DNA from: Adineta vaga
Taxonomy: Eukaryota; Animalia; Rotifera
Length of the DNA: 64,000 nt
Assembly (NCBI GenBank): GCA_021613535.1
Contig: CP075493.1
Span: 10,416,001-10,480,000, forward strand
Reading direction: 5' to 3'
Shown here: one piece after another, positions 13,401 to 25,897 of the stretch
How the letters are laid out: each line of letters opens with the position of its first letter
How positions within the stretch are numbered: the first letter of the stretch is position 1
Made by a program: the position numbers and the translations under genes
The notes under the pieces: model-generated
What the model was told of the DNA's origin: nothing
What the model saw: only the letters and a program-made list of their open reading frames with translations
The model's database searches: none

Positions 13401-15530
13401 ACTATAAATATACAAAAAGAAAATACCCAATTCTGGTGCTTTGACTAAAACACCTTTCATTCCTGCCATACGTATTTGTAATGCACATGGTAAATATCCT
13501 GATGTTTGATTGAGATCTAATGCTTCAAAAACACGTCGCATCATTGATTCACTAATTTTTCCAATGCCATCAGTAAAAACATATCGTTTATCAGGTGATT
13601 TAATATCAGGAATTTCTTCAATTTCATTCGATTTTTGTATTGTAAACGTTTTAATTGAGCCCGTAAAACACAATGCCATACGTGTAACATAAGATGAAAC
13701 AGAATATTCATAACGAAAATCACCCATCCAATTTCGAATTGTTTCGGCTGTATTTCCATTATTTCGTTTATAGAACCAAAATGATCGATCACGTAATTGA
13801 GAATTTGAACAATGAAGATATTCATAATCTGTTTGAGCAATTGTTAAATCTTGTTTAATTAAATCTAAAATACGTTCTCGACATTGTTCAACTGTTTCAG
13901 CAGACATTGTAATAAGATCTTCGTCACGTAGAAGAACACGACAAAATGCAAATGATGAACCAAATCTTCCACCACGTAATACACGATTTTCTTTCATTGG
14001 ACGCATTGGTTGTGGTAAGATTTGAGTTGGTGTAACAATGACACGTGGAACATAACAATAATTCGGTGTAGTACAATCAAATAACCAACGAGCACCAATA
14101 TCGGAATATTTTATAACATTGTTCGATAAAGCAACGTATATATCCATAAAACGATTATCTTTACAACTTTTCCATAGATCACGTATGGTATGATAGAATA
14201 AAGAAGAATCATTAGAAATATCAACTAATTTTGAAACGAATTCATCAGTTAATTTATCTTTAAGACGATAACCTAAATAGCAAAAACGATGAGATAAAAA
14301 TCTAACTTTTATGCGAGACAAAAAAAACGAACCAAGTGATGTGAGCATATGCCAAGCATAATTGCAAAGATAATTTCCAAATTGTAAATTTTCATAAGGA
14401 TTTATATAATCATTTGGTAGATAAACAATTTGAATATTTCCGTATAGAATTTTAATATTATTCTCTAATAATTTACTTGCTAGATCATTAATCATTTTAC
14501 TACTTGTATTCAATAATGGAATTCGAACATGCATAACTGATGCTTGTGCAATATGTTTCGAATCAAATCGATGAAATCTTGTAGCTCGTGTTCGTTGTCG
14601 TGTACCGAAATTATCTAATTCTATTTCTTGAATTGGTTTTATTGCATAGAGAAGTGGAATAAACAAATCAATAAAATCATCTTGATGATTAAGAATTAAA
14701 TAAGATTCAATATTTTCATGTGAAATTGTAACAGAATAAAGAATTTTATTATAGAGTAGATCATCATCGGTATTCAAATAATCTCCATTTCGAATCGATC
14801 GTAATTGAATTGATTGAGGAATACTACGAAATTCTATTTCAAATTTATCAACATCAGACAATGTTGTTGTATGTGCAATATAAGTTCCACAATCAAGAAA
14901 TGCACCAAGTGTTACTAAATGACATGTTGTTGATAATGGTGTATTTTTACGAATGGACGTTAAACTTAATGCAGGATCGATTATTTTTGAAGGTGGCATT
15001 TGTTTTTGTCTTTGTTGTTTGATTTTGATTTGTTCACGTTGAAGACGACCACGATAACCATAATGAAGACGTTCTTTTGGTGTATAATCAATGTTTTCAT
15101 TTTCATTGGAAAGTTTTGTTTCATCGGAAAGTTCACATGTTGTTTTAAAATAAAGCCAAACAGGCATACCTGATTTGAAACGTTTGCAAACATCATGAGT
15201 TTGCAATGGTTTACGAGTTTTATAATAAATATTATCAAGACCTTTGATATGTAATGATGTTCGTGGATCAGGATGATGAATTTCTTTACCTCTATATTCT
15301 TTTAACAATGACATTACTGGACGTAGACCATGACTAACTTGTAAATTTTCTTTATGATGAATACTAAGAATAAATTCAGGTTTTCGAATATTTGAAGTCG
15401 ATTCAATTTTTGTACGAGCATGATGTTTTTTATTTGACGAATTATTAATATCATCGAAGAGTTGAAAATTTCGATTAACATAATTTTTTCGACGATTTAG
15501 AGGATATTTGTCAAGTGGATTTGTTGCCAT
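10465..15530 (-). CDS. Cellular RNA-dependent RNA polymerase (RNAi-type, QDE-1/RDR family), multi-exon
   Basis: Catalytic SGSDLDGDVY plus SNSQLRD, FTDGIGKIS, LQIRMAGMKG, LNRQVITLL, TKNPCLYPG and AVVDYPKTG. The final exon ends FQSSH-TGA at 10465. Confidence 0.96.
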
Positions 15531-16680
15531 TATCGAAAAGATAAGTTCAAAAGTGTTTCAATTCGTTCGATGGATTTATTCTATAGTTTATTATCGTTCG
15601 TAAGTATGTATCTTTCGAACGAAAAAGTGAAGAACAAATAAAAAGAATTGGATAAGGATATTCATGAAAATTGAACATGTACATATCAGAAGGAGAGAGG
15701 GCGCTAGTAAACATAAGATTTTGTATTTGATCTACTGATAATGAGAGAGTTTATATACGTCCTATACAAATTGTGTGCAAGAAAAGAAAAGAGAAAATTG
15801 TTCTGCGAAGAAATAGTACTTGTTTTGAAAATAAGATATGTTGTGTATGTTGAGAGATTCTTTGTCTTGATATTGAACAAAAAAATCTTTATTATTCTCT
15901 GAATTTTGTTATTTTTTAATTGTTTTAAAAGAGTCTATTACACTATTTCCAAATGTATACTGATATTCAACATAATAAAAGTTATTTACAAGCGTTGACG
16001 AACATTTACACATACAATAGATGCTCCTGTTGAAAAAGAAGATGTTCGCATCAATTCATAGGTCAGAACGATCCAATTATTGTGACCATTATTGGTTTTC
16101 TTTTTGTAGATTCGTTTTAATGAAATGATTTCGAATTTCATGCAGGATGTAATATAATGACATTGCATAGAATAAGATGATTATAGATAATACTCTCAAA
16201 ATTGGCTTCCGATTGTTTTATTTCTGTCGACAAGAATGATTCTCATTGAAGAAAATACATGTAAGTAGCCAAATACGAGTATTCATAAATTCATGTTTTG
16301 AAAGAACGTCTATAAATTATAAATTCTTATTTGTAATATTGCTATTCTAACTCAAGCAAAGAACTTAGAGAAAGTATGATTAGTTTGAAAAATATTAAAG
16401 AAAGAAAAAAGAAGTCAATGAAGTGACAAATGATTGTCTAACATGCAATTAAAATGTATAGTATCATTGAGAATTGTTGATTACAATGCTCAAGAAAAGA
16501 AATGACTTATTGTTGTTGTTGTTGTTTTTTTTCAATGATAATTTATTTGGATTTCTAATGATGAAGTTTTGTTTGAAGGATATTATTAAAATGCGCAGAA
16601 GAAGACAACAAGAAAAAAATATATGTGTTAAATTTTTCATCTTTTATTTTCTCATGTTTTTGATCATGGGATTTTGTTTT

Positions 16681-16944
16681 TTATAATCGCCAATTACGTT
16701 TCTCCGGGTGATCATCATTAAATTCCAAATCATCGCTTTTCATTTCATGATGATAAGCATTTGGTGCGTCACGAAAAACGAAACGACCACGTTTTGCTAA
16801 AGCTTGAAAATGAGGATTGTTCAACCATTGTGCATTGGCTAATTTTCTTGCTTGATGTTGTTCTTCAGCAACAGTAACTGATGATGAAATCATCAATAAG
16901 AAAACAGCAATTGTGCAAAAAATGAATACTGATCGTGAATGCAT
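16681..16944 (-). CDS. Secreted neuropeptide-like precursor (87 aa)
   Basis: Hydrophobic signal peptide, RK/KR dibasic sites, an acidic spacer and a terminal KR-NWRL. Candidate 5' UTR intron from donor GTAAGT (17486) to acceptor TTCAG (16984). Confidence 0.75.
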   Translation of the reverse strand: MHSRSVFIFCTIAVFLLMISSSVTVAEEQHQARKLANAQWLNNPHFQALAKRGRFVFRDAPNAYHHEMKSDDLEFNDDHPEKRNWRL

Positions 16945-17682
16945 TTTGTATTCGAATGAACAAACGAGACGAGGCTATATGATCTGAAATTAAGTAGATG
17001 AGAAAGACAAAAAACAAAAATGACAGAGTGAAATATAATTATATATATATATATATATGCTACATAGATGATTCTCATGTGTATAGAAAAACCATTATCA
17101 TCTCAAAGAAAATAATAGATTTGAAGGTGTTTGAATTAATTCGATAGATGAGAGAATATATCGAGGGATGTTTTCTTTTTCATATAGAAAATCATCTTAA
17201 AAAGAATAATTTCTTCAGTTTACACTGTTCTGCACCATATAGAAGTCATTTTGAGATGAGTTTTGCATTTATAAATAACTAATATAGAAGATTGTCATTT
17301 TGATATATGAGAAACTGTTTATGAATGCTCGAGGCTCGTGTCCTCTCTTATTTTTGTAACCTAACATGATGTTTTGTGCTCTTTAAAGATTGTTCATGAA
17401 CAATAATCTAAGACCTCTTTAGAAAACATACTTTGCTATTCATTCGACTAGATATTTTCTCAAAGAAATTCCATTTTTAGACTTACCGGTAATCTAATCA
17501 CTCTCGTGACAGATTATATTCGATCTTTCTTTTCATAAGAAGATACTAATTATATAGACATGAGAACGTTTTTATTATAAATACTTTGAAAAATCTCATC
17601 CAAATAGATATAAAGTACAAACTCGAATATAATATAAGAAAAGAAATGAGTTGATATCTAGCTAGCACTTCTCTATTTATTT

Positions 17683-17727
17683 CTTCTCTCTTTTTTTCTC
17701 TTTCTCTCTCTCTCTCTCTCCATCTCT
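17683..17727. repeat. (CT)n / pyrimidine microsatellite
   Basis: Visible ctctctctct run upstream of the neuropeptide-like gene. Confidence 0.8.
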
Positions 17728-18364
17728 TTGTGAGTGTTTCTCTTGTTGTTTTTCATCTCGATGAAATATAGACAGAGAGAAAGAAACATTGTGACGGAGC
17801 TTTGTCATGAACAAACACTATAAATCATTTACAGGCGTTACTTTCAAAACAGAATTGATTAAAAATATACTTCTATTTTATTCAGTAGATCTGTTTTGGA
17901 ATATCTTTGATAATCTTTGAAATGAATTCTAAAGATTTTGATGCAAAATGTAGAATGATGTGTATCAAAATCTATGTATTGAATTAACGTGATGGCATAA
18001 ATTGTCAAGAAAATCGATTATTTATAATGGATCGAGCTTTTGATGATGTTCAAAGCAATGAGGAAATAACATGTCAATGTATTTGTTCTATATTCAGAAT
18101 GACAATAAAGCTGTAATAAATTATCTCTAAATTGTTAATCCTTGTTGTTTCTGTACTTTGCTTTTATTCTCAAAGCATATTCATTCATCAAGCAGATGTT
18201 TATCTATTATAAATTTAAAATTTTGTTGATTATTTATTCCATCTATTTATTATTCTTTTGTCTACGATAGATGAAGAATGAATGTCTTGTTTAAAAAAAA
18301 AGGACTTTAGTCTTTGTTTCGGAATTAAATTGGAATGAAAATATCACATGAAAAAGAATATTAA

Positions 18365-18835
18365 TTATTTGCTTTGTTGAGCAAATATGTTCATCGCAGC
18401 GCGAATTTCAGCAGCGTGTTGAGCATCCTGACCTTGGAGACGTAATTCTGCTCGAATTCTTTCTAAAATCAAACCATTCCATTTATTCCAAAATGGTGTT
18501 GAACCTGTAAAATGAATGGAACCATTACCAGAACTTAGAAGAGCATTTCGTAACTCTTCATTTTGTTGAAATTTAGCTAAATTTCCTTTGTACATCTCAT
18601 CAACTTTTACCGATTCCCAGTCATCACGAATGGTAATACGTTGTCCAGCTGTCCAAGCAGAAGTACCTGGTCCTGATTGTAAAACCATATCTCGATCAAC
18701 TTGATTCGTTGTTTTAGCACATTGAAAATAATTTTCTGCTGATGAATATGTTATTCCATCTATAACGAATTTACATGGAAGGAAATTATCTGTTTCCGGA
18801 TGTCTTTTCCCATCAATATCCGCTGGACCACCCAT
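18365..18835 (-). CDS. NADAR (YbiA-like) N-glycosidase / ADP-ribosylhydrolase family protein, intronless
   Basis: NF.PCKFVIDGITYSSAENYFQCAK, RDDWESVKVDEMYKGNLAKFQQNEELRNALLSSG, FW...NGLILERIRAEL match the NADAR pattern. ATG at 18835 directly follows TTTCAG. Confidence 0.9.
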   Translation of the reverse strand: MGGPADIDGKRHPETDNFLPCKFVIDGITYSSAENYFQCAKTTNQVDRDMVLQSGPGTSAWTAGQRITIRDDWESVKVDEMYKGNLAKFQQNEELRNALLSSGNGSIHFTGSTPFWNKWNGLILERIRAELRLQGQDAQHAAEIRAAMNIFAQQSK

Positions 18836-18878
18836 CTGAAACAAGAAACAACATAACAAAACAAAACAAAATTCTTTA

Positions 18879-19607
18879 TCAAAAAAGTCCTATTTGAGTT
18901 TTTTCTTTAAAAAAACGATTACATAAAACTTTCTTTTCACATAACAAATGACAAAGTTCTGATTTCAATTGATTTAAATCAATTAAACGTTGTTGTTTGA
19001 TATTTTGATAATTCCAATCGATTAAAACATATTTTAATCGTTTCATATTCAAACATTTACTATCGAGTATATCATCAACTCGTTTTGGTGTACCAATAAT
19101 AATATTGAATAACGTTGTTGGTTTATTTAGAAATTCAATTTGTTCAGAAAGCTTTTTATGCTTTGCAAATAAATAGTGAAATGTAAATTGTTTTGATGAT
19201 GAAGAATTCTTTAGAAGCTTTCCTAATTCAATACAACGTAATGCTGATTGACCTATAATCAACACAACAGGTGCAGATGATAATTCCGATTGTTTGGACC
19301 ATTTACTAGTTGGAATTAATTCATTAAGATATTCATCCAACGGTAATTTCGATGTTGATGGTGTTGGTGCAGCAATGGAAGAATTGAATATGGAAAGAAG
19401 TTCATCAAGTTCATATTGACTTTTCGATTTTTTGTAATGAATACGAATGATTGACACGAGATCTGAATATGTTCCAATAGCTCGTTTAGGAAGAGGTTTC
19501 TGTTGATTTTTTTTAGTTTTAACTTTTTTCTCAGATGGTTCTTCAGTTTCTATAGGTTCAACTCCTTCTTGAAGATAATAATCATCATCGTTCAAATCAT
19601 CAGCCAT
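18879..19607 (-). CDS. CMSS1: CMS1 ribosomal small subunit homolog (90S pre-ribosome factor)
   Basis: MADDLNDDDYY start, SALRCIEL, LFAKHKKLSEQ, IGTPKRV, VLIDWNYQNIK and a C-terminal GLF. Confidence 0.9.
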   Translation of the reverse strand: MADDLNDDDYYLQEGVEPIETEEPSEKKVKTKKNQQKPLPKRAIGTYSDLVSIIRIHYKKSKSQYELDELLSIFNSSIAAPTPSTSKLPLDEYLNELIPTSKWSKQSELSSAPVVLIIGQSALRCIELGKLLKNSSSSKQFTFHYLFAKHKKLSEQIEFLNKPTTLFNIIIGTPKRVDDILDSKCLNMKRLKYVLIDWNYQNIKQQRLIDLNQLKSELCHLLCEKKVLCNRFFKEKTQIGLF

Positions 19608-20363
19608 CTGGAAGATATGAAATAACAAAATCAAATTAATTCATCATTATTTTCTAATTAAACTTATATTAACATGAAAGAAGAAAAAAGAAGACGAATG
19701 TTTGTTTCAACGAAATTAACAGTATACATAATGAGTAATGACACGAGAGCATGATGATGATATATGCAGAAAAACATGAGGAAAGATCTTTCTAACCTGA
19801 AGAAACCGTAAGAGAAATACACTTTGTAGTTTTTTTCTTATATTCAAGATGATTACATATCTAACTTAATGAATAATCACGAAATATAGTATATATCTGT
19901 AGTAAGACAGATATCTTGTCATTTTTTATTAGACGTACGTCATTTAATAAAATATGGCACATATATTACTCTAATTTTACAGAGATAAAAGAAACTGCGC
20001 AGTTGATTCTCTCGAGTCTGTCAGACGATAAGCGGAACTTGTTTAATCAAGATAGTACTGACCTGAATATTGGTTAATTTTACAAATTTAATTGAAAATA
20101 GCTTCAAATCTGAAATAATAATAAAAATATGGATTAAAATACAAATATCGTGAAGTACCACCACAACTATTCACTAGAAAAGAACATCAACAAAATAATA
20201 CAAGACAATAACAACAATGAATATTTCGATTATAATCGATGTAGAATACATTGACGTAGAATACATGAATAGCACAACAACCACACCAATAAAATAAAAT
20301 AGAAAGTAGAAAAGACAATGAGCAGCGCTATGCGTAAGTAAAATTTTATTTAGAGATTTTTGT

Positions 20364-23300
20364 CTAATCTATGAGCAAATCATTCTCATCACCAGTTCCA
20401 ACAACCATTGGTTGAGAAAGTAGATCATCTGTTCCATTTGCAGTAGGATCACGTATTGAACATCGACGAACTTTTGTCATACTTGGTGGAATATCAAATT
20501 CTTCAATACATGCATTTAAAATTGTTGGAATATAATTCTTTAAAAGAATTGAGAAAAGAATATTTATCATTCATTTCAAATCGAATCCTTACCGATGTAG
20601 CACGTTTTGTATTGTCACGACCTTCCATTGCTTCTAATTCACCTAATTCATCTAGTTTTTGATGATTTCCATCAGACTATATTGAAAGAGAAAACAATTT
20701 CGATTGATCAATATAAAAACATAAAAGAAAAATAGTCCCGTAAGCAAAAACAAAAATAATGTAAAACAAGGTATTGAAAAAACTTCCACAAATAATAACT
20801 GCAAAATTCAATTGATATATTATGCTTCTTACTCTTCGAAATAGATTCCTTAATACTTTATATCGAATAGTAAATGGAAGAAGATAGGTGCTGACCTCTG
20901 GAATAACTGGTGATGATAATGAATATTTTCGTGAACTCCATCGACCGAAGCAATCAAAACATGAAAAACCGAAATAGACACCACCTAAAAAAAACACACA
21001 CACACACACACATGAATGAATACCATTGAACATCAAAAATGAGAACTTACACGTTAAAATGAAGCTGCCTATTAATGTCATGGATAGATATGTTAATGTT
21101 TCTAAAATAGATTCATAAATATTGTTTTCAATTCTTGTCATATTTACTAACCTGAACGAACAAGAACAAAGAAAAGTAATGTTAATTGTTGAATAATTAA
21201 TGCCGTAATAATGAAATTTCCTGCTAAACGATGCACACTTTTATCGGCAATTTCTGTATCATAAACAAATACTAAATTGTATTTATCAACTGCACGTTTG
21301 ATAACAAGATAAATCAAACCTATGAATAAGAAATAGACAATTAAAATTCTCCTGAGAAGAAGAGAACATCGATCTTACCAACGGGTGTTATCAATGGACA
21401 TGCAATAGAATAAGCAACAATCACACAGAAGACAGCAGATGTCCATGCATATTGCACACCGAATCGAAAAGGAAATTGTAATGCCTAAAATATTTCAAGA
21501 ATTCATTGATTATTGATAATGAAAGGAAAAAGAATTTCGGCTTCTTACGTGTCGAATCACACTTCTCTCTGCGGTGGATTTAGCTGTTATAATTATATAG
21601 ATGTAAAAGACAAGATCAGCCAAACGTAACAACTCAATCGTAGTTCCAATAAATGCAGATGTAATTATATAATTGACAAAGAATGCACCATTGTCTGGTA
21701 AAAATACACACCTAAGAATAAATGAGATAGGAAGTTAAATAATGATCTGAACATGATTGATGTGTACACATGTGTCTCATCAAGCGCTGAGCATAACAGT
21801 ACGTTTTATATCAGTCTAATCAGTATCACTTACATCCAGCGAATTCTGCTATTATGTGTAACACCTTCTTCACTTTCGAAAACCCATCGAAGAAAACTTT
21901 CAATACTTGTTAAACCTAATGATGGTAAAATCAATATCATCATTGCTAAGAAAACAAATAATTTAATCATCATAGATTTATCCAAAGCAGATTTTTTCCA
22001 TTGTTTTTCTAATAATGATGTAACGCTAACAAGTGATGGCATTGCAGCAGCAAAGATACGTAATAATAAGACTGGCATAACAGATGTTAAGAAAACAGGA
22101 ACTTGAATTTGTTTTGTCACTCGTTTTAATGGATCGATAGAACGATATTTATTTGCAATTTTATCAATTGTACTCATAACAATCGATGGAGTTGTTAGAA
22201 ATATCATGAAGAATACCAAAATCTAAATTTTCTCGTTCAATAGGCATGAGTCTGAAAGATAAACATACGATATTAACAACGATGATTCGAAACCAATGAC
22301 TGATTTCACTCATTGGAATGTTTTTCCTAGAGAAGAACAAAGAATTAGATTGCAAAACAAAGTTTATTGAAGAAAACTGCTTTACCAAATTATATTTTTA
22401 GGACTTGGAGCAAAACTAACAGTCCATTCGTGTATACCAATTGAATTACTTGTTGCTGATGTCGGTCGACGGTCAGGTATAAAACATGTTGGTCGAAAAT
22501 GTGAGCGTACTCTAAATAAAATGAATATCTGTTAGTGATTTCTAATAGAATATAAAATCCAATATACCGATGTGCTTCTTCTGGTGTTGAAAATGTGATA
22601 AAAGCTAATCCACATTTTTTCTGTCGAACATGTAAATATTCATCTTCTACTTGATCTTTATATGTATTATATAATTTTTCATAATATTCAATAGCATCCA
22701 CCTAGTATAAAGATAAAAATAATTAACGCTTTCATTTGAAATTATCGAAGCAAACCTCTTTTGCACAATACTAGAATAAACAAATGAATATTAAAATTAC
22801 AAAACCAATGTCATCATTTTAACTTACTCCACACATTTGTCCCCATTTATTATTATACACTACAGGTCGTTTTCCACTTTGTTCGAACATCTTTTTACTT
22901 TGTTGCCAAATGCGAAGATTGAGTTCACTGGAAAAAAATAAGACCTAGTATGACGAAATGATAATTTCAACTAAACAAACCGGCGTTTGTAAACATGTTG
23001 TAATTGAGCTATATTATACGCCAAAGTTAAATGAGTAATCTGAAATTTCGGATATGCTTCTCTACGAATAAAGATCAAATATAAGAGAAACTTCGATTGG
23101 TAAAATACAATTTCGACTAACCGAAAATAATCATTGAGTTTATCCTCATCACATGCATCATGAGGTATTCCACGCACCATTAATGTTCGACTTGCCTGAA
23201 AATATATACAAACGGTAATTTCTTACATTACAAAAACTATAGCCGAATACTGATAGGAATATATACATTGATTGTAAACTCGAAAGAAAACGACATGCAA

Positions 23301-24551
23301 GTCACTACATTTGATTTAGAAACTATTTGAAGAACAACAATAAGCACTACACAACAATGTGAAACTCTACTTTTTCTTTCGATTCTTCATTTTCATACTA
23401 ATAACCGATAGAAAATATAAAGAAAACAATCTTTTCGTTTAGATACATACCATATCTTCTGTCGCATAATATCGTGTCGCATTTGTATACAAATAAGCGA
23501 CAATAATACCAGCGATGACAAATATTATTGATGCACATGCATGAAACCAAAGTAACGGTGAACTAAAAGGTAACATCGTGTAAAATAATACTCGCAAAAA
23601 GTCGTCATTCACTTAGGTGGTAGATTAGCAATAGTTGATTGAGCAAATTTTTGTTCGGTTGTCCCTGAAATAGAATGAATTATTAGCATTTAAATTTCAA
23701 CGAATGAGTATTTAAAATATATACCTTGTGTTCCTTGAAAATTAACCGGTAAAATAATAGTTAATGAAAAGATTGTTATAAAAAGTAGATATCCAATTAA
23801 ATATGTATGAAATAACAGATAATAATATGCATCTGGTGAGCAATTTCGATAGACATCCCAATCACTACAAAGTATATCAATCGTAAAATAAAATGTAAAT
23901 ACATCAATCTCGATCAATACCTGATTGTAAACAAATCACGAATCCATAACCATCGTGTCTAAATAAACAAAACGTCTACAAATAATTTCTTTCAAAAGAT
24001 GTTTCTTACCACAAAATATCGATGAAGACATGATTCGTTGCCCTGTAGAAAATAAAGAAAATCAGTATGTATTAGCTACATGAACAAGTTAATTCTACAA
24101 AGCTATTGGCAGAGCTTTTGTAGAACAAACTTACATCAAGAACTTTACGACGAGATGAACTACTTTGACCATAGAGAAGTGTTGATATTCTATAATTAAG
24201 GTTTTTTTAAATTATAATCAATCGAAATAGTCTTACTCTGTTCCATCTGCCATATTTTTTGAATCAGAAAAACGACGTCGTAGATAAACAAAGACAAGCA
24301 AAAGTATCTAAAGTTTTTTTTTTGTGAAATATTTATTCAGATTTTATATTTAATTATCATATTCATACCGCTGATACAACTAGATTTACAAGAAGATTTT
24401 CTGGAATTCCTTCGTAGGATCTGATGAAACCAAAACCAGTTCTATTCATTCTTCCATAGTATGAACAATCATCTCGTGTAATCAATGGTAATTTATCTGC
24501 GATCAATGATGATACACGAATTGGTGTTGTTAGCTTATCTCCAACACTCAT
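20364..24551 (-). CDS. TMEM63: TMEM63/CSC1/OSCA mechanosensitive channel, many exons
   Basis: GIPENLLVN, DAYYYLLF, ILPVNFQG, SRTLMVRGIP, GLAFITF, APSPKNIIW, MIFLTTP, CVFLPDNGAFFVNYIIT, KRAVDKYNL. Confidence 0.93.
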
Positions 24552-25897
24552 TTTTCGACGTTGTTTAGATCAATTTGATGGGATATTTACGAATTAATAA
24601 TCAACATTCATGGTCACGATGACGATGAGATGCATTTGAAGATTAAAAAATATAATCAGATGAAACACATCTAGAAATACAGAAACTAAGTCAACAAGTT
24701 GAAGAATTTGTATGTAAGTCAATATTGATCCATTCGAAAGCATACATAGAGATTTTACCCACATATTCCGAATTGTTTATTTCAAAAAGATACTTTGAAA
24801 CTTCAAAATAAAAATGTCTGTTCCGTTATTGGTTTATGTTTCTTTCAATAGCTAAGTTAAAATGTCACTCTCATAATATATCATGGCACGACACTAGTGA
24901 CATCTCATACAATATCATGTCGCTATGAGTTTTATAGTCATTCATACAGTTTGTTTTCCTTCTTAGATCTTAGAACTGTTAAGTTTATCCTGAATAGACG
25001 CTCAAAAATCATTTGACACAAATAAATATGTCTGATTGTATACAACTTTTCATATATCCACTAGACATGGGCACATTATATGTGTATATGTAGATATCGT
25101 CATCAATCGTAAATGTATTGAATGATATTTATTCATAACCTTCACAAGTGAGAAAAAAATGTTCTTCACAGAGGATTATCATACACCGACCTATTATATA
25201 TCATATAAAGAGAACATAAGATTTACTTTTCACCATTCACACGACACATAAATGCTGGTATAGTCATGTTCTTTCTTGTTATTAATAAGCACCATCAGTT
25301 AAACTTGATTGTTCAAGGTAAAAGAAAATGGTGGTGTAATATAAATAAAATAAGTTACAATAGTGTATAAACATATAATCATTCAAAATATCAATATTTC
25401 CTTTGACATAATGATAACTTAACATATTGTTGACTATCAACAAAACCTTGAAATCAATGATTACTTCTTCTTTCATCGAGATCCTATTCAACAGCTAATG
25501 TGTGTCCTGTTTTGCGTGAAATTTTCTTTTATATAGAACTGATGTGGTAACATTTCCTCACTTGGCATCACTGTGTATAAAAAAAAGAAAGAAAGAAAAA
25601 AGAACGAAGAAAAGGAGAAAAAATTCTTACCTGCATTTAAGACATTAAACCGCGAACGGTAAAAGAAAGATGAAGGGAAGAATACTAAGTGCGTCAGGCG
25701 ATGAAGAAAAAAAAGGCGAAGAATAAAATCAAGATAGATTTATGTGTGTGTGTGCATATGAGTCAGCACTAGGCAGGCGACGAGCTGAAGGCAAATAAAA
25801 AGTTTATTCTTGATCATAGTACACTACATACACAAGTAATGTATGCAACGTTAGTTACAATTTTATCGTTCAAATAAATTCATCCATTGACTTCATC

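Noticed and set aside
13510-15238. Several short ORFs overlapping the RdRP gene
   Set aside because: Shadow ORFs in alternative or antisense frames of a real CDS, with no recognisable motifs.
19608-20363. TMEM63>CMSS1 as an additional operon junction (CMSS1 ATG also follows a CAG acceptor)
   Set aside because: The gap is about 750 nt, and a GTTTAA donor about 56 nt upstream gives an ordinary-sized 5' UTR cis-intron, so an independent promoter is plausible.
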